Below, piece after piece: positions 28,237-37,158 of a DNA stretch of 64,000 nucleotides. Within the stretch, counting starts at the first letter, position 1. Every line of letters starts with the position of its first letter. The notes under the pieces were generated by a model. The model did not search any database. It saw nothing but the letters and a program-made list of their open reading frames with translations, and was not told the origin of the DNA. Location: IMG/VR virus record IMGVR_UViG_3300002220_000519, positions 1 through 64,000 of that record; one strand, 5' to 3'. Source of the stretch: a virus (lineage: Duplodnaviria > Caudoviricetes). The translations under genes and the position numbers were made by a program.

Positions 28237-28357
28237 GTTTGTTCACCTCCTTTGCATAGTACTGGCGCTCCTTGCCTTCTAAGAAGCGGTTAACGTTTTG
28301 GGCTAGTTTCTGCCCGAAGTGTCCTGCGATGAGTGCGACTGCCATGCCGAACTTCAT
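28208..28357 (-). CDS. Small amphipathic protein
   Basis: MKFGMAVALIAGHFGQKLAQ; start trimmed. Confidence 0.45.
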   Translation of the reverse strand: MKFGMAVALIAGHFGQKLAQNVNRFLEGKERQYYAKEVNKHEVKSISQN

Positions 28358-28365
28358 GCCGTTGT

Positions 28366-28692
28366 CTACGACGGCTTTTCCGGAGACGGCGGCACGGGCG
28401 GCTTGGAGTTGGAGTTCTGTTTGGGAGAGCACGGTTCCTCCTTTCCCTTGAGTTCGTCCATGGCCTGGTCTAAGGCCTGGTCTGCGGTTAAGTTTCCTTC
28501 TGCTTTGAGTTCGAGTGTGCGGTTGACCACTTGGTAGGTTAACTTGCCGGCCTCTATCTCGTTGTCTATCTTCTCCTTAGCACGCTTAGCTATTTTGGTT
28601 GCGCTCTTGGCTGCTTCGTCTCCGAGCCTTCCGAACACAGCGCCTATTGTGATGATGCCGGCTGCGATTTTCCGTTTGGTAGTGTCTTCCAT
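28366..28692 (-). CDS. Amphipathic-helix paralog family member
   Basis: IGAVFGRLGDEAAKSATKIAKRA; AAGGAGG RBS. Confidence 0.6.
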   Translation of the reverse strand: MEDTTKRKIAAGIITIGAVFGRLGDEAAKSATKIAKRAKEKIDNEIEAGKLTYQVVNRTLELKAEGNLTADQALDQAMDELKGKEEPCSPKQNSNSKPPVPPSPEKPS

Positions 28693-28759
28693 GACTGATC
28701 ACCTCCTTTTAAATGGTTGTGTGGCCTTGTTCGATGCAGGGAGTTTGCGTCTTTCATTC

Positions 28760-29130
28760 CTTTCTCCTTATATTAATGGTTTAGTTGATTGCGAACGGCG
28801 CCAGCTTATTCACCCATGGCTTTACGCCTTTAAGTGGGAGTGGTGGGGCTGGCTACCAGGACGGTCAGTCACCACGACCGACACGGGCCTGGGCTGTTCA
28901 ATCTCACACCTGTGGAACCAGACCCTATATATGAATGTAAGTGTTTGCACCGCCCTCAATTAAGAGGACGGCGGAAAGGTTGCCAGGCCTAGCTTCGCTG
29001 TTGGGAAAAGGACAGCGCAAGCGTAGTTTTTACAACTACCCGGGTTGCAGGCAGTTAACCACGCGGGGAAGGCAACAGATTACTACCACCACAAGGGATA
29101 TATGTTATTGACACACATATCCTATATGAA
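28760..29130 (-). ncRNA. Candidate ~350-nt multi-stem structured RNA or leader
   Basis: Long-range GTGGTGG/CCACCAC and GTTGCC/GGCAAC; hairpins GTAGTT/AACTAC, CGCTGT/ACAGCG, CCAGG/CCTGG, CCAGC/GCTGG. Confidence 0.5.
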
Positions 29131-29134
29131 TTTT

Positions 29135-29171
29135 AAAAGACCGAAGGGAGCGTTAACTCCCCTCAGTCTTT
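29135..29171 (-). terminator. Intrinsic terminator-like hairpin
   Basis: AAGACTGAGGGGAG-TTAACG-CTCCCTTCGGTCTT-TT just after gene 29180..29518. Confidence 0.65.
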
Positions 29172-29179
29172 ATGAATGA

Positions 29180-29518
29180 TTATTCAGGCACGCAGGTGGC
29201 AGTCCCCCGACCCAGCACCAAATCCTGGCCGATATCGAAGACCTCGCGGACCTCGATGGCTTTCCTGGTGATCGGGATGGTGACGGTCTCACCCTTGGCC
29301 GACGCAGCGATCAGCTTGTCCCTGAGCTGGCCACCGATGGACTTGGCAGCGAAGCTGATGTGCAACCGGCGACCGTCCGGGAGCGTGGCCTGGAACAGGT
29401 AGGGCCGACCGTCTTTGAAGTTGATGCCGCTCATGGGATCGAAGGACAGAACGGCGTTTACGGACGCTTCGGCCAGCACCTGGGCGCCAGCCTGGAACTT
29501 CTTGGTGAAGTTGCTCAT
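29180..29518 (-). CDS. Small RNAP-adjacent protein B
   Basis: DPMSGI...DGRP..F.A; paralog of 25101..25421; AGGAGA RBS. Confidence 0.65.
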   Translation of the reverse strand: MSNFTKKFQAGAQVLAEASVNAVLSFDPMSGINFKDGRPYLFQATLPDGRRLHISFAAKSIGGQLRDKLIAASAKGETVTIPITRKAIEVREVFDIGQDLVLGRGTATCVPE

Positions 29519-29757
29519 GGTAAGGTCTCCTAATAGAAGTTTAAAAGTTGACATACGCTCTGAGTGAGCTATGCCAAAACAAGTGAGTATTCGGCTAGGC
29601 TAGAGACTTCGGCTAGGATAGACTGCAGGCTGGGGGGCCGGCAATCCTCTCCCTACGCATACGAGTTTAAATAGCTAGTGTATGACTACCTGGTTATAAC
29701 CTAGTTGCGTTTAGTCTTCTAAATATGAGCGCCTGTCACGTTTGTTTTGTGTTGTTG

Positions 29758-32040
29758 TTACTTTTTGAATATGTTGTTAGCCAGAATGAACTGGTCAGGA
29801 TAGGCCTCGACCAACTTCTCTGGGGTTAGTGTGTTGCAGGCTAAGCGTGCTAATCCCACGTGCCGCCAATCCATGAATGACCACATCTTTAATGTGTTAC
29901 TCTTGGCCAGCTTGTAGCCCCACCTAAAGACGAGTTGCAAGTATACTTCGGGAGTAATGGTTACTTGTGTTAAGCCTGTAGCAACGCAGATTAGTCTATG
30001 GGTTTTGTGGTCTCTGGTCCACTTGCCAGGTACCCAGAATCTCCCGCCCTTACGTGCTGCTGCCTGTAGCCTGCGGAACTTGGAGAATGCCTTAGTGTTG
30101 TCGTGGTTCTCGAGTAGGTTCTGAGCAGCCTGACCAAAGATAGTATTGAAGAACTCGAATACTAGCTCTGCATCCTGATTGGGGGCCTTCAGGTACACAC
30201 TATAGAAGCTCTTCGCCAGTATTGAGCGGGCCTGGTCTGTAATGCTTGGTATAGTTGGTAGGGCGGCAATCTTCTTCAACATATTGGTGCGCACGAAGTT
30301 GTCCCACTCTTTACCAAGGTTAGCCATAGTCTTAGTCTCTGTTACCCTGGTGTTCCACGCCTCAAGGATGTTGTTCTTGGATACCTGCCACTTCTTTTGT
30401 CTCCAGAAGCAGCCTCTGATGTTGAAGTTCTTGCGCGCGTAGTCCCTAATGTCTCTAACGACATCATCACCACCTATGTCCATATGCTTGATGGCCTGGA
30501 TGGACATATTATAGGCGACCCCTGCGTTATTGATTAGCCCCTTAAGGTCAGCACGGTCAAAGGCCGTTTCTAACCCTATAGCTAGTTCCTGAGCTAAACA
30601 CACACGCCCGATCTCCTTATATGCAGCCCGTGTTTCTAAGAACTCCTCATAAGGAGTGAGTGCCTCTTTGGCACCCTTCGCTATGGTTGGCATGGTCATC
30701 GTACCAAAATCCTTGGGCTTTAACGGCAGGTTAATGACAAAGATCAGATCCTTGTCAAAGTCCCCGTTATGATTGGTGCGCCATGAGTCAGGGTTAATAC
30801 TTACTGTGTGCCAGCTAACCACCTTGTACTCAACTATTTCCTTCGGGCCATTGAGCGGGTAACGGACAACCCATACAGTGGCCGGGTTCCCCATTTTACG
30901 CTGGACATCAAGTGGCAGCCCTATTTCGTTGGGCTTTATAACGCGTGACGGTAGGGCTATCTCCATGAGTCCTACGTTCTTCGGCAGTGGAACCCCGCGA
31001 GATAGATCTCTGGTTCTGATGCCCAGCAGTGTGACTGTGAAGTTGGCAAGTTCAGGTGAGAGCAACGGATTGCCGCCATTTTCGATGGCAAAGCGGGACA
31101 TGGTCAGCCGATCCGCCCAGCGCGGGTTGACGAATGTATCGACTTCTGGATCGTAGTTTTCGTCGAACATAAACGTCTCACCGAGATCTATCAAGTCAAG
31201 TATGTCTGGTTGGATGTGTTCCATGTAATACTCCTGAATCTCCTCGGTCGTCCTGCCCGCTGGTACACCTGTTGACAGATAGTTTGCAACTGCTGTAATT
31301 TTGGTCATCCAGGGCGCACCAAAGCGCTCGATAAGTTGTGTTCCATTTACTAGCAGCTGTGTTACCATGTGAGACAACCAGATACGATTAGTAGAGTAGT
31401 CATCACCGAGTGCTACTAGCCTGAGGTCTCTGATGTCAAAGGTGATTGTACCCTGACGTTTGACACCCTTGTCGTTGCCCTTGAATGTAATTATGCTGCC
31501 CTCTAAGCCACGCTTGAAGACTATCTTTGTGCAGTTGGGCCAGATACCAGCAAACCCAGCAGCGTCTATGTTGCCTATTCTGTTCTGTGACACACCATAC
31601 GCCTCCAAGATCTTGTCGAACAGGCCCTTTGGGATTGTGGTACAGCCGTCCTCGGCCCCTTCTTGCACGGTGTCTACTATCTCGGCGTCGAACTTGATTG
31701 GTACCTGGGTTGCGCGGCCAGGTTGTTGACTGACAGCTAAGGCTTTGCTACTGTCAATTGGGGCCTCTAGCGTTGGGTTCTTGGTAACCCAGACCAGCCC
31801 GGCCTTCATATCCGTCTTGCTCGTCCTCAGGAATCGTTCGCCTGGTTCCAAGACGCTCTCAGCTACATCCAGCGACACCTCAGTATGGTATTTGCTAATC
31901 TCTATACCAACAGGTGTGTGGAAGAGCTCTTGTCCAGTTATACGTTCCCTAGTCACATGGTTAGCAACCAACCAGGCTGCCACGTGGCTGTTGACCGCGC
32001 CGAAGGGCTCAGTCTTGCGAGAGATATTAGTGTAGTTCAT
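29758..32040 (-). CDS. Single-subunit two-barrel RNA polymerase B (YonO/QDE-1 RdRP-like)
   Basis: DGCTTIPK, GIWP..K.VF, GNDKG, VVRYP, NGDFDKD (30748-30768), SIQAIK; start trimmed to MNYTN after AAAGGA. Confidence 0.72.
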   Translation of the reverse strand: MNYTNISRKTEPFGAVNSHVAAWLVANHVTRERITGQELFHTPVGIEISKYHTEVSLDVAESVLEPGERFLRTSKTDMKAGLVWVTKNPTLEAPIDSSKALAVSQQPGRATQVPIKFDAEIVDTVQEGAEDGCTTIPKGLFDKILEAYGVSQNRIGNIDAAGFAGIWPNCTKIVFKRGLEGSIITFKGNDKGVKRQGTITFDIRDLRLVALGDDYSTNRIWLSHMVTQLLVNGTQLIERFGAPWMTKITAVANYLSTGVPAGRTTEEIQEYYMEHIQPDILDLIDLGETFMFDENYDPEVDTFVNPRWADRLTMSRFAIENGGNPLLSPELANFTVTLLGIRTRDLSRGVPLPKNVGLMEIALPSRVIKPNEIGLPLDVQRKMGNPATVWVVRYPLNGPKEIVEYKVVSWHTVSINPDSWRTNHNGDFDKDLIFVINLPLKPKDFGTMTMPTIAKGAKEALTPYEEFLETRAAYKEIGRVCLAQELAIGLETAFDRADLKGLINNAGVAYNMSIQAIKHMDIGGDDVVRDIRDYARKNFNIRGCFWRQKKWQVSKNNILEAWNTRVTETKTMANLGKEWDNFVRTNMLKKIAALPTIPSITDQARSILAKSFYSVYLKAPNQDAELVFEFFNTIFGQAAQNLLENHDNTKAFSKFRRLQAAARKGGRFWVPGKWTRDHKTHRLICVATGLTQVTITPEVYLQLVFRWGYKLAKSNTLKMWSFMDWRHVGLARLACNTLTPEKLVEAYPDQFILANNIFKK

Positions 32041-32090
32041 TGGGTTCCTTTCGATTTGTTTGAAATTGTTTGTTTGAAGTTTAGATCTCT

Positions 32091-32474
32091 TTAGATCTCT
32101 TCTGCCGGATTCCAACCGTCTATGTTGAAATCCGGGGTGGTCATTGGTGCATCCAGTGTAGCCTCAGCCGTGCCGAGATAGCAGCACAATACCGAGTGCT
32201 GTATTTCGAACGCGGCCGGCCTATTGATGATGAGCCAGAAGGGCTCATACACACCAGCGGCTACCTGTCTATCGGCTGGTCTTAGGAACAGTCCATTCTG
32301 TCCATTGAGCAGTCGGCCGCCCTTCACGGCAAAGACGTTGTTAAAGGTCAGGTCTATTACGGCGACCTGTTTACCGATTGGTGTAGGCAGCCTTGTAATG
32401 GCCACCTCGGTCAACACTAGCCCCACTGGGAGACTAGTGATGGCCTTGCTTAGTCTGTGGATTTCTTTAGGCAT
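32091..32474 (-). CDS. spoVG: SpoVG-like nucleic-acid-binding protein
   Basis: LTEVAI...KQVAVIDLTFNNVFAVKGGRLLNGQNGLFL...IN......IQHSVL..Y follows the SpoVG pattern. Confidence 0.65.
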   Translation of the reverse strand: MPKEIHRLSKAITSLPVGLVLTEVAITRLPTPIGKQVAVIDLTFNNVFAVKGGRLLNGQNGLFLRPADRQVAAGVYEPFWLIINRPAAFEIQHSVLCCYLGTAEATLDAPMTTPDFNIDGWNPAEEI

Positions 32475-32880
32475 GACCTTCTCCTTCAAAGATGTTTAAT
32501 TGTTGTAATTTTTGTGGCTCCTGTCTGCTTCCTCCTGGTTTCCAGCCGGGTCGTGTTCTTCTTAGCACCATGGCCTTCTCCCAACTTGTGAGACCCCTAA
32601 TGGAGAGCAGTTGGTAGTTCAGCCACGTTCCGTTCAACCACATCCCGTTCATCACTATGACCTTGTTTGTGACGTGGTTGACACTGACTTTGAAACTATA
32701 AGCGTCCCCCACCCTCTTGACTGCCCAGAACGACTCTATAGCCTCAAGTAGCAGGTGCCGGTATTCTATGACTGCCATGATCTTATCCTCCTCATAAGTT
32801 TCTTCCAGTAGTATGGTATAATCACCACAATTAATGATAGTCCCACTATGGCGACAATTGATGCTAAAATGAGGTACCAA
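32467..32880 (-). CDS. Hypothetical protein
   Basis: ORF in operon. Confidence 0.45.
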   Translation of the reverse strand: MVPHFSINCRHSGTIINCGDYTILLEETYEEDKIMAVIEYRHLLLEAIESFWAVKRVGDAYSFKVSVNHVTNKVIVMNGMWLNGTWLNYQLLSIRGLTSWEKAMVLRRTRPGWKPGGSRQEPQKLQQLNIFEGEGHA

Positions 32881-32964
32881 CCTAGCCTACCAGCTGCGTT
32901 CGAATCGGTTGCGGCCAGAAAAGCACCGACCAAGAACGTGCAGAAAGCTCCGAGGGCCATGTTC

Positions 32965-33237
32965 TTATCCATTTATCTCTCCTTCTCTTTCTTTTAGGGC
33001 CAAGTCGACGACCCTGTTAATTACTGGGTTGAATATGCATGTACTGTTACTGTTGCAGCTCAGTTGATGATAGCACCCAGCACAGACCTTTTCTGCGTGG
33101 GTCTTGGCATCCTCAACCCACCCTATTCTTATCATGTTGTCCACTATTCTGGTTTGTGTTTGCAGCCACCTCACTCTCCTCATGGTAGCGGCTGTCACTC
33201 TCCTGGCCTCCCAGGACCTTGTTTCGTTCTTTGCCAT
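32965..33237 (-). CDS. Cys-cluster hypothetical protein
   Basis: CAGC...C...C; GGAGG RBS. Confidence 0.5.
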   Translation of the reverse strand: MAKNETRSWEARRVTAATMRRVRWLQTQTRIVDNMIRIGWVEDAKTHAEKVCAGCYHQLSCNSNSTCIFNPVINRVVDLALKEREGEING

Positions 33238-33350
33238 TATAATACCCTCCTAATTAATTTGTTGTTGTGGCACATGACGAGCACCACAATGTTACCGATG
33301 ATTGGAAGTTGGGTCATTGCCAGTATTGCCTTTTTCATGGTCAGTCCTTT

Positions 33351-33566
33351 CTATTTATTGGTTGTTGTAAGATGAGCGTAAGCCTCTGCCGCGAAGTCCC
33401 TGTTGTTATCTTCTTCTTTCTCCTGCAACTCGTAAATTATGTCAAGGAAGTCCTGCGCCATCCCGACGATCTTTGGCTCCGGGCAGTGGGCTACTATGTG
33501 TTGCAAACCCATGATGCTCCAGCTCTCTATTGAGAACTCTAGAGTTTCCATCCATGTTGCCCTCAT
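33351..33566 (-). CDS. Hypothetical protein
   Basis: AAAGGAG RBS. Confidence 0.5.
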   Translation of the reverse strand: MRATWMETLEFSIESWSIMGLQHIVAHCPEPKIVGMAQDFLDIIYELQEKEEDNNRDFAAEAYAHLTTTNK

Positions 33567-33578
33567 TGTGGCTCCTTT

Positions 33579-33980
33579 CTAATAAGCCTCGTGATCAATA
33601 ACGATATCGAGGCGGTTTACCTGAACTCCCGCGGTGGGAATCCAAGTGTTAATGTAGGCTACGAGGCTGTTGGCTTCCTTTAGGACCTTGTTACAGTCCT
33701 GAATCCCCTTGTTCAGCCTCTCTAGCTGGGAGGTGGACTCTGTGCCCGCTCTCACTGCAATGTAGTCCCTTCGGGTCTTCTTCACAGTGACTAGTAGTAC
33801 GGTTGCCAGTGCAAGTATCCGATCCTTGGTGCCTTGGGGCATGGGTGTGTTTGTTTCCTTCCAGTCCCAGACAAAGGACTGTAGGAGGTTGAGTAGTAAC
33901 CTGTGTTCCATGATAGTTCCCCTTTCTTTGTAGTTACCTTTGCGTCCCTGTTTTTCAACCCTTTTCTCGCTCAGGGTCAT
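33579..33980 (-). CDS. Hypothetical protein
   Basis: First gene of the leftward block. Confidence 0.5.
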   Translation of the reverse strand: MTLSEKRVEKQGRKGNYKERGTIMEHRLLLNLLQSFVWDWKETNTPMPQGTKDRILALATVLLVTVKKTRRDYIAVRAGTESTSQLERLNKGIQDCNKVLKEANSLVAYINTWIPTAGVQVNRLDIVIDHEAY

Positions 33981-34791
33981 TTATGAACAGGCTATACAGC
34001 TCATGCATCGACTAGGTTATGCGATCCTGTCGAAGTTAATGGCTGGCTGTATTAAGCACGCCACATGCTTACTGTCATAGTCTACTAGGGAGACCAGCTT
34101 CTTATGACAGTGTCGTTGCCCAGCGGTACTAGCAGCCATGTGTCAGTTAAGATAGTATGGGATATGGCCTACAGATTTAGTGGTCTATGGTTGTGTCATA
34201 GCCACTCGTGATAAGGCATATAGATTACAAGGCTATATACCTGAGCTACACCTGATTATAGCATTACCGTCTATGATCGTTGGGCGTTTATCTCCCTCTT
34301 TTAGGGGTAACATTCGCACCTACTAGACCATGATTTATAGTGAGAGAATAAGGCTCACTATTGTTCATCAGCCTTTGAGGTTGCTATGCTCTATGACTGA
34401 CGACGGAGTTATTATTGCTAGACATTATTAGGGAGGTTGTTACTACCTTATGACCTCGAGATCCCTTGGTCCTCTCCTCCTAAGATACCCTAGAATGTCA
34501 CTCATGTTGAGACTACATCTTTCAAGGACATGTCTTCCTTGATTGATACCCATATGGGCCTGGCATACTTAAATGCTCAGCTGCATTTTAGGGACACCCG
34601 GGGGGCTCGAAACCCTAGGTTAATTCCCTTATTATTCTACTATGGTCTCAGCAAATCATTTCGTTTTTCCGGAAAATCCCTATAGAATTTTCCAAAAATC
34701 CCGGCAGCAGTCCCCAAAAAACCCCCAAAGTAATTCCAAGATTTCACCATTCCCTATCAGCTTACTTAGGTAGTCATATACTGTAGGCCTA

Positions 34792-34820
34792 TTGACTTTT
34801 AAGGTAAAATGTGGTATAAT
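34792..34820 (+). promoter_or_regulatory. Sigma-70-type promoter
   Basis: TTGACT-17 nt-TATAAT with extended TG. Confidence 0.85.
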
Positions 34821-35241
34821 GTATATATAAATGAAAGGAAATAAAATGACAGACCAAATGAAAACTAAGGTGTTTGATTGTCCTGTTCATGGGTGGGAAA
34901 TACAGGCCTTCTGTTTTCGTAGTGAGCTTCCTGAAAATGCAGATCGGTGGCACAAAGCAACAATAACACTCGATGAGGAAAAATAACTATGTTAAGTTCA
35001 CTCCGGCGATTGCATAGACTTTAAATTAAAAGTATAAAGGGGGAGGGTAATGATAACAGTTAAGAACCTAAGAGAGAGACTTGTAGGCCTTAATGATGAT
35101 GACAGGGTGTATGCTTATGAGGGAGAGGCTACTGGGATAGTTATTGTAAGGAGAGACGAGGATGGGAAATATAACGAATTGTGCTTTATAGAAGCAGCTA
35201 ATACTGTTAGAGATGAAAACAAATAACTAAAAGGAGGGGAA

Positions 35242-35670
35242 ATGAGTAAACTAGGAACACTACTAAAGTACTTCCAAGCTACGAAGAAGGTCAATAATAC
35301 TACAACAACATACTGGAGTCCTGGTGGGGCTGACGCGCACGTATATATTGATGGTGAGGAGCAGCGTACTTGTACAGGTATAACGTACAGTATTGCGAAT
35401 AAGGCTGGTCAGCTTGCGGCCAAAGGCTCACTCTTATATTCCCACCCTGATTCCCCTGGTACTTCTCGAATGAAGGGTATGCATAACATACGGCTCCAAC
35501 TAAACAACGAATGTGGAGACGCTGCACTGGTAATTGACTTCAATAAGGTGTCATTTACACTTATTGATAGTGGAATTGCAATTGATGATATAGCTATGGA
35601 AGAACTTCATTTTTTTGAAGCTAAGGGTGTTGTCTATACTAAGTCTGTTACATATAAATATTTGGATTAA
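35242..35670 (+). CDS. Tail-tube-like protein, divergent
   Basis: DAHVYIDG...GITYS...LNNECG...SGIAIDDIAMEE..FFEAK. Confidence 0.45.
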   Translation: MSKLGTLLKYFQATKKVNNTTTTYWSPGGADAHVYIDGEEQRTCTGITYSIANKAGQLAAKGSLLYSHPDSPGTSRMKGMHNIRLQLNNECGDAALVIDFNKVSFTLIDSGIAIDDIAMEELHFFEAKGVVYTKSVTYKYLD

Positions 35671-35892
35671 CGAGGACACATGAAAATTAAATACATGCCG
35701 GCCATCCTGCTAGTTATTACCCAGGTGAGCAGATCTGTTGGGGGCGCTCTAATAGAAGTAAGTATGGTGTGAAGCTAGTAGATACACTTAAGCAGATCAA
35801 GCAAGAGCAGCGAGCATCTATAAGTTGGAGAAAAAAGAGGGGTTACGGTGACTCTCATTTCAAATATGGCTACGTGAAGGTCGAGGTTTAAT

Positions 35893-36102
35893 ATGAAAAA
35901 GAACATGACAATCTTTAAACTAGATGCTATAATCCAGGTTAAAGATAAGGAAGTGGCGGACAAGCTTATTAACCAAATTAGTGAGCTGCTTGAAGATGAA
36001 AGTAGAACTGATATCGGTAGCAGCGTGGTTAACCTTCATTGGGTAGCAGATCAAGAGAAAGCCGCCAAGGAACTTAAAGCAGCATTAAAATTGTGGAGCT
36101 AA
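35893..36102 (+). CDS. Hypothetical protein
   Basis: GAGG RBS. Confidence 0.5.
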   Translation: MKKNMTIFKLDAIIQVKDKEVADKLINQISELLEDESRTDIGSSVVNLHWVADQEKAAKELKAALKLWS

Positions 36103-36103
36103 T

Positions 36104-36307
36104 ATGACTTGGTACCCTAAAGAAGATTTCCTATGGGATAAGGGCCTAGAAGAACAACTGCAGATAACGATAGACTCCTGTAGACTTCATTACACAAATG
36201 AAGAGATCTATAATTACCTAGACTTATGTACGGAGCTTGGAGTTATCGCTGGCCATCATAAAACTTCGGTTAAACTACCAAGGACAGGAAGAAACGTAAC
36301 TTTATAG
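36104..36307 (+). CDS. Hypothetical protein
   Basis: GGAG RBS. Confidence 0.45.
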   Translation: MTWYPKEDFLWDKGLEEQLQITIDSCRLHYTNEEIYNYLDLCTELGVIAGHHKTSVKLPRTGRNVTL

Positions 36308-36689
36308 AAGGCGTTGCTAGGATGAGTTATACAGATACCATAATGAAGATTACTGATACTGAGTCGATTGTTATTAGAGCCGAACCTGACTACGTTACAA
36401 TCTTCGTAAATGATGGAGAAAACGATCAATACGCCACGGTTGTTCTAACAAAGGAACAACTGAAGGACTTGATTAGGAACCTTAATACTTTATTGTAAGG
36501 AGACTAACATGGCAAAACCAAACGGATTACCAGTACCAAAAGTACCAAAGATGAACATTAAAACAGTATCTAGTCCAAAATCAACCGGCGGTGGTTTAGC
36601 GGGGGAAAAGGCTACACTGTTAGGCGCCAAGGGTCTTAAGATACAAAAGCCACAAGAAGCATTCCCAAAAAAGAAGTAAGGAGATAAGT

Positions 36690-37151
36690 ATGAACTGGCT
36701 TAAGAAACTGTTTAGACGGACGGTTGTGCCGGTGGCTACAGGGGGGCAAAAACCATTCCTATGCTCGGAAGATTGTCAGATATACCTGGATGGCGCCTTC
36801 ATTGCAACCATATTGAGCATACAGTTTGATGAGGATAGAATAGTATACGATGGTGGGACACTCGTGGGCTCCCATCTAGTTACGCGTAAAGCCAAAAAGA
36901 CTGAAGCTGCGTTTGTTGTAACAGGAGATATTGATGAACTAATGTTTGTGCAGGTTGGTGATAATTTAGCACCGCAACTCCCAATAGATGACAAACCACG
37001 TAATATGGAACTAAGGTTTACAATAGGAGATACGAGTCGGACTATTATATTAGAGGATTTTGTAATAGTTGGGCACTCGTATAGGTTTGACGTAGACCAA
37101 TTGGTTACAACACGAAGGCTAACCTTTAAAGCAAAAAGATTAATACTGTAG
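36690..37151 (+). CDS. Tail-tube-like protein, divergent paralog
   Basis: EDCQIYLDG...SIQFDE...IILEDFVIVG...DVDQLVT...FKAK. Confidence 0.45.
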   Translation: MNWLKKLFRRTVVPVATGGQKPFLCSEDCQIYLDGAFIATILSIQFDEDRIVYDGGTLVGSHLVTRKAKKTEAAFVVTGDIDELMFVQVGDNLAPQLPIDDKPRNMELRFTIGDTSRTIILEDFVIVGHSYRFDVDQLVTTRRLTFKAKRLIL

Positions 37152-37158
37152 GAGGACT

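Noticed and set aside
28760-28860. Group II intron domain V in the 28.8 kb RNA
   Set aside because: An AGC and a GNRA-like loop are present, but the spacing does not fit a ~34-nt domain V, and there is no GUGYG start or RT ORF.
30748-30768. Polymerase B as a dead pseudo-enzyme because of DFDKD
   Set aside because: All three Asp of DxDxD are intact; activity cannot be excluded from sequence.
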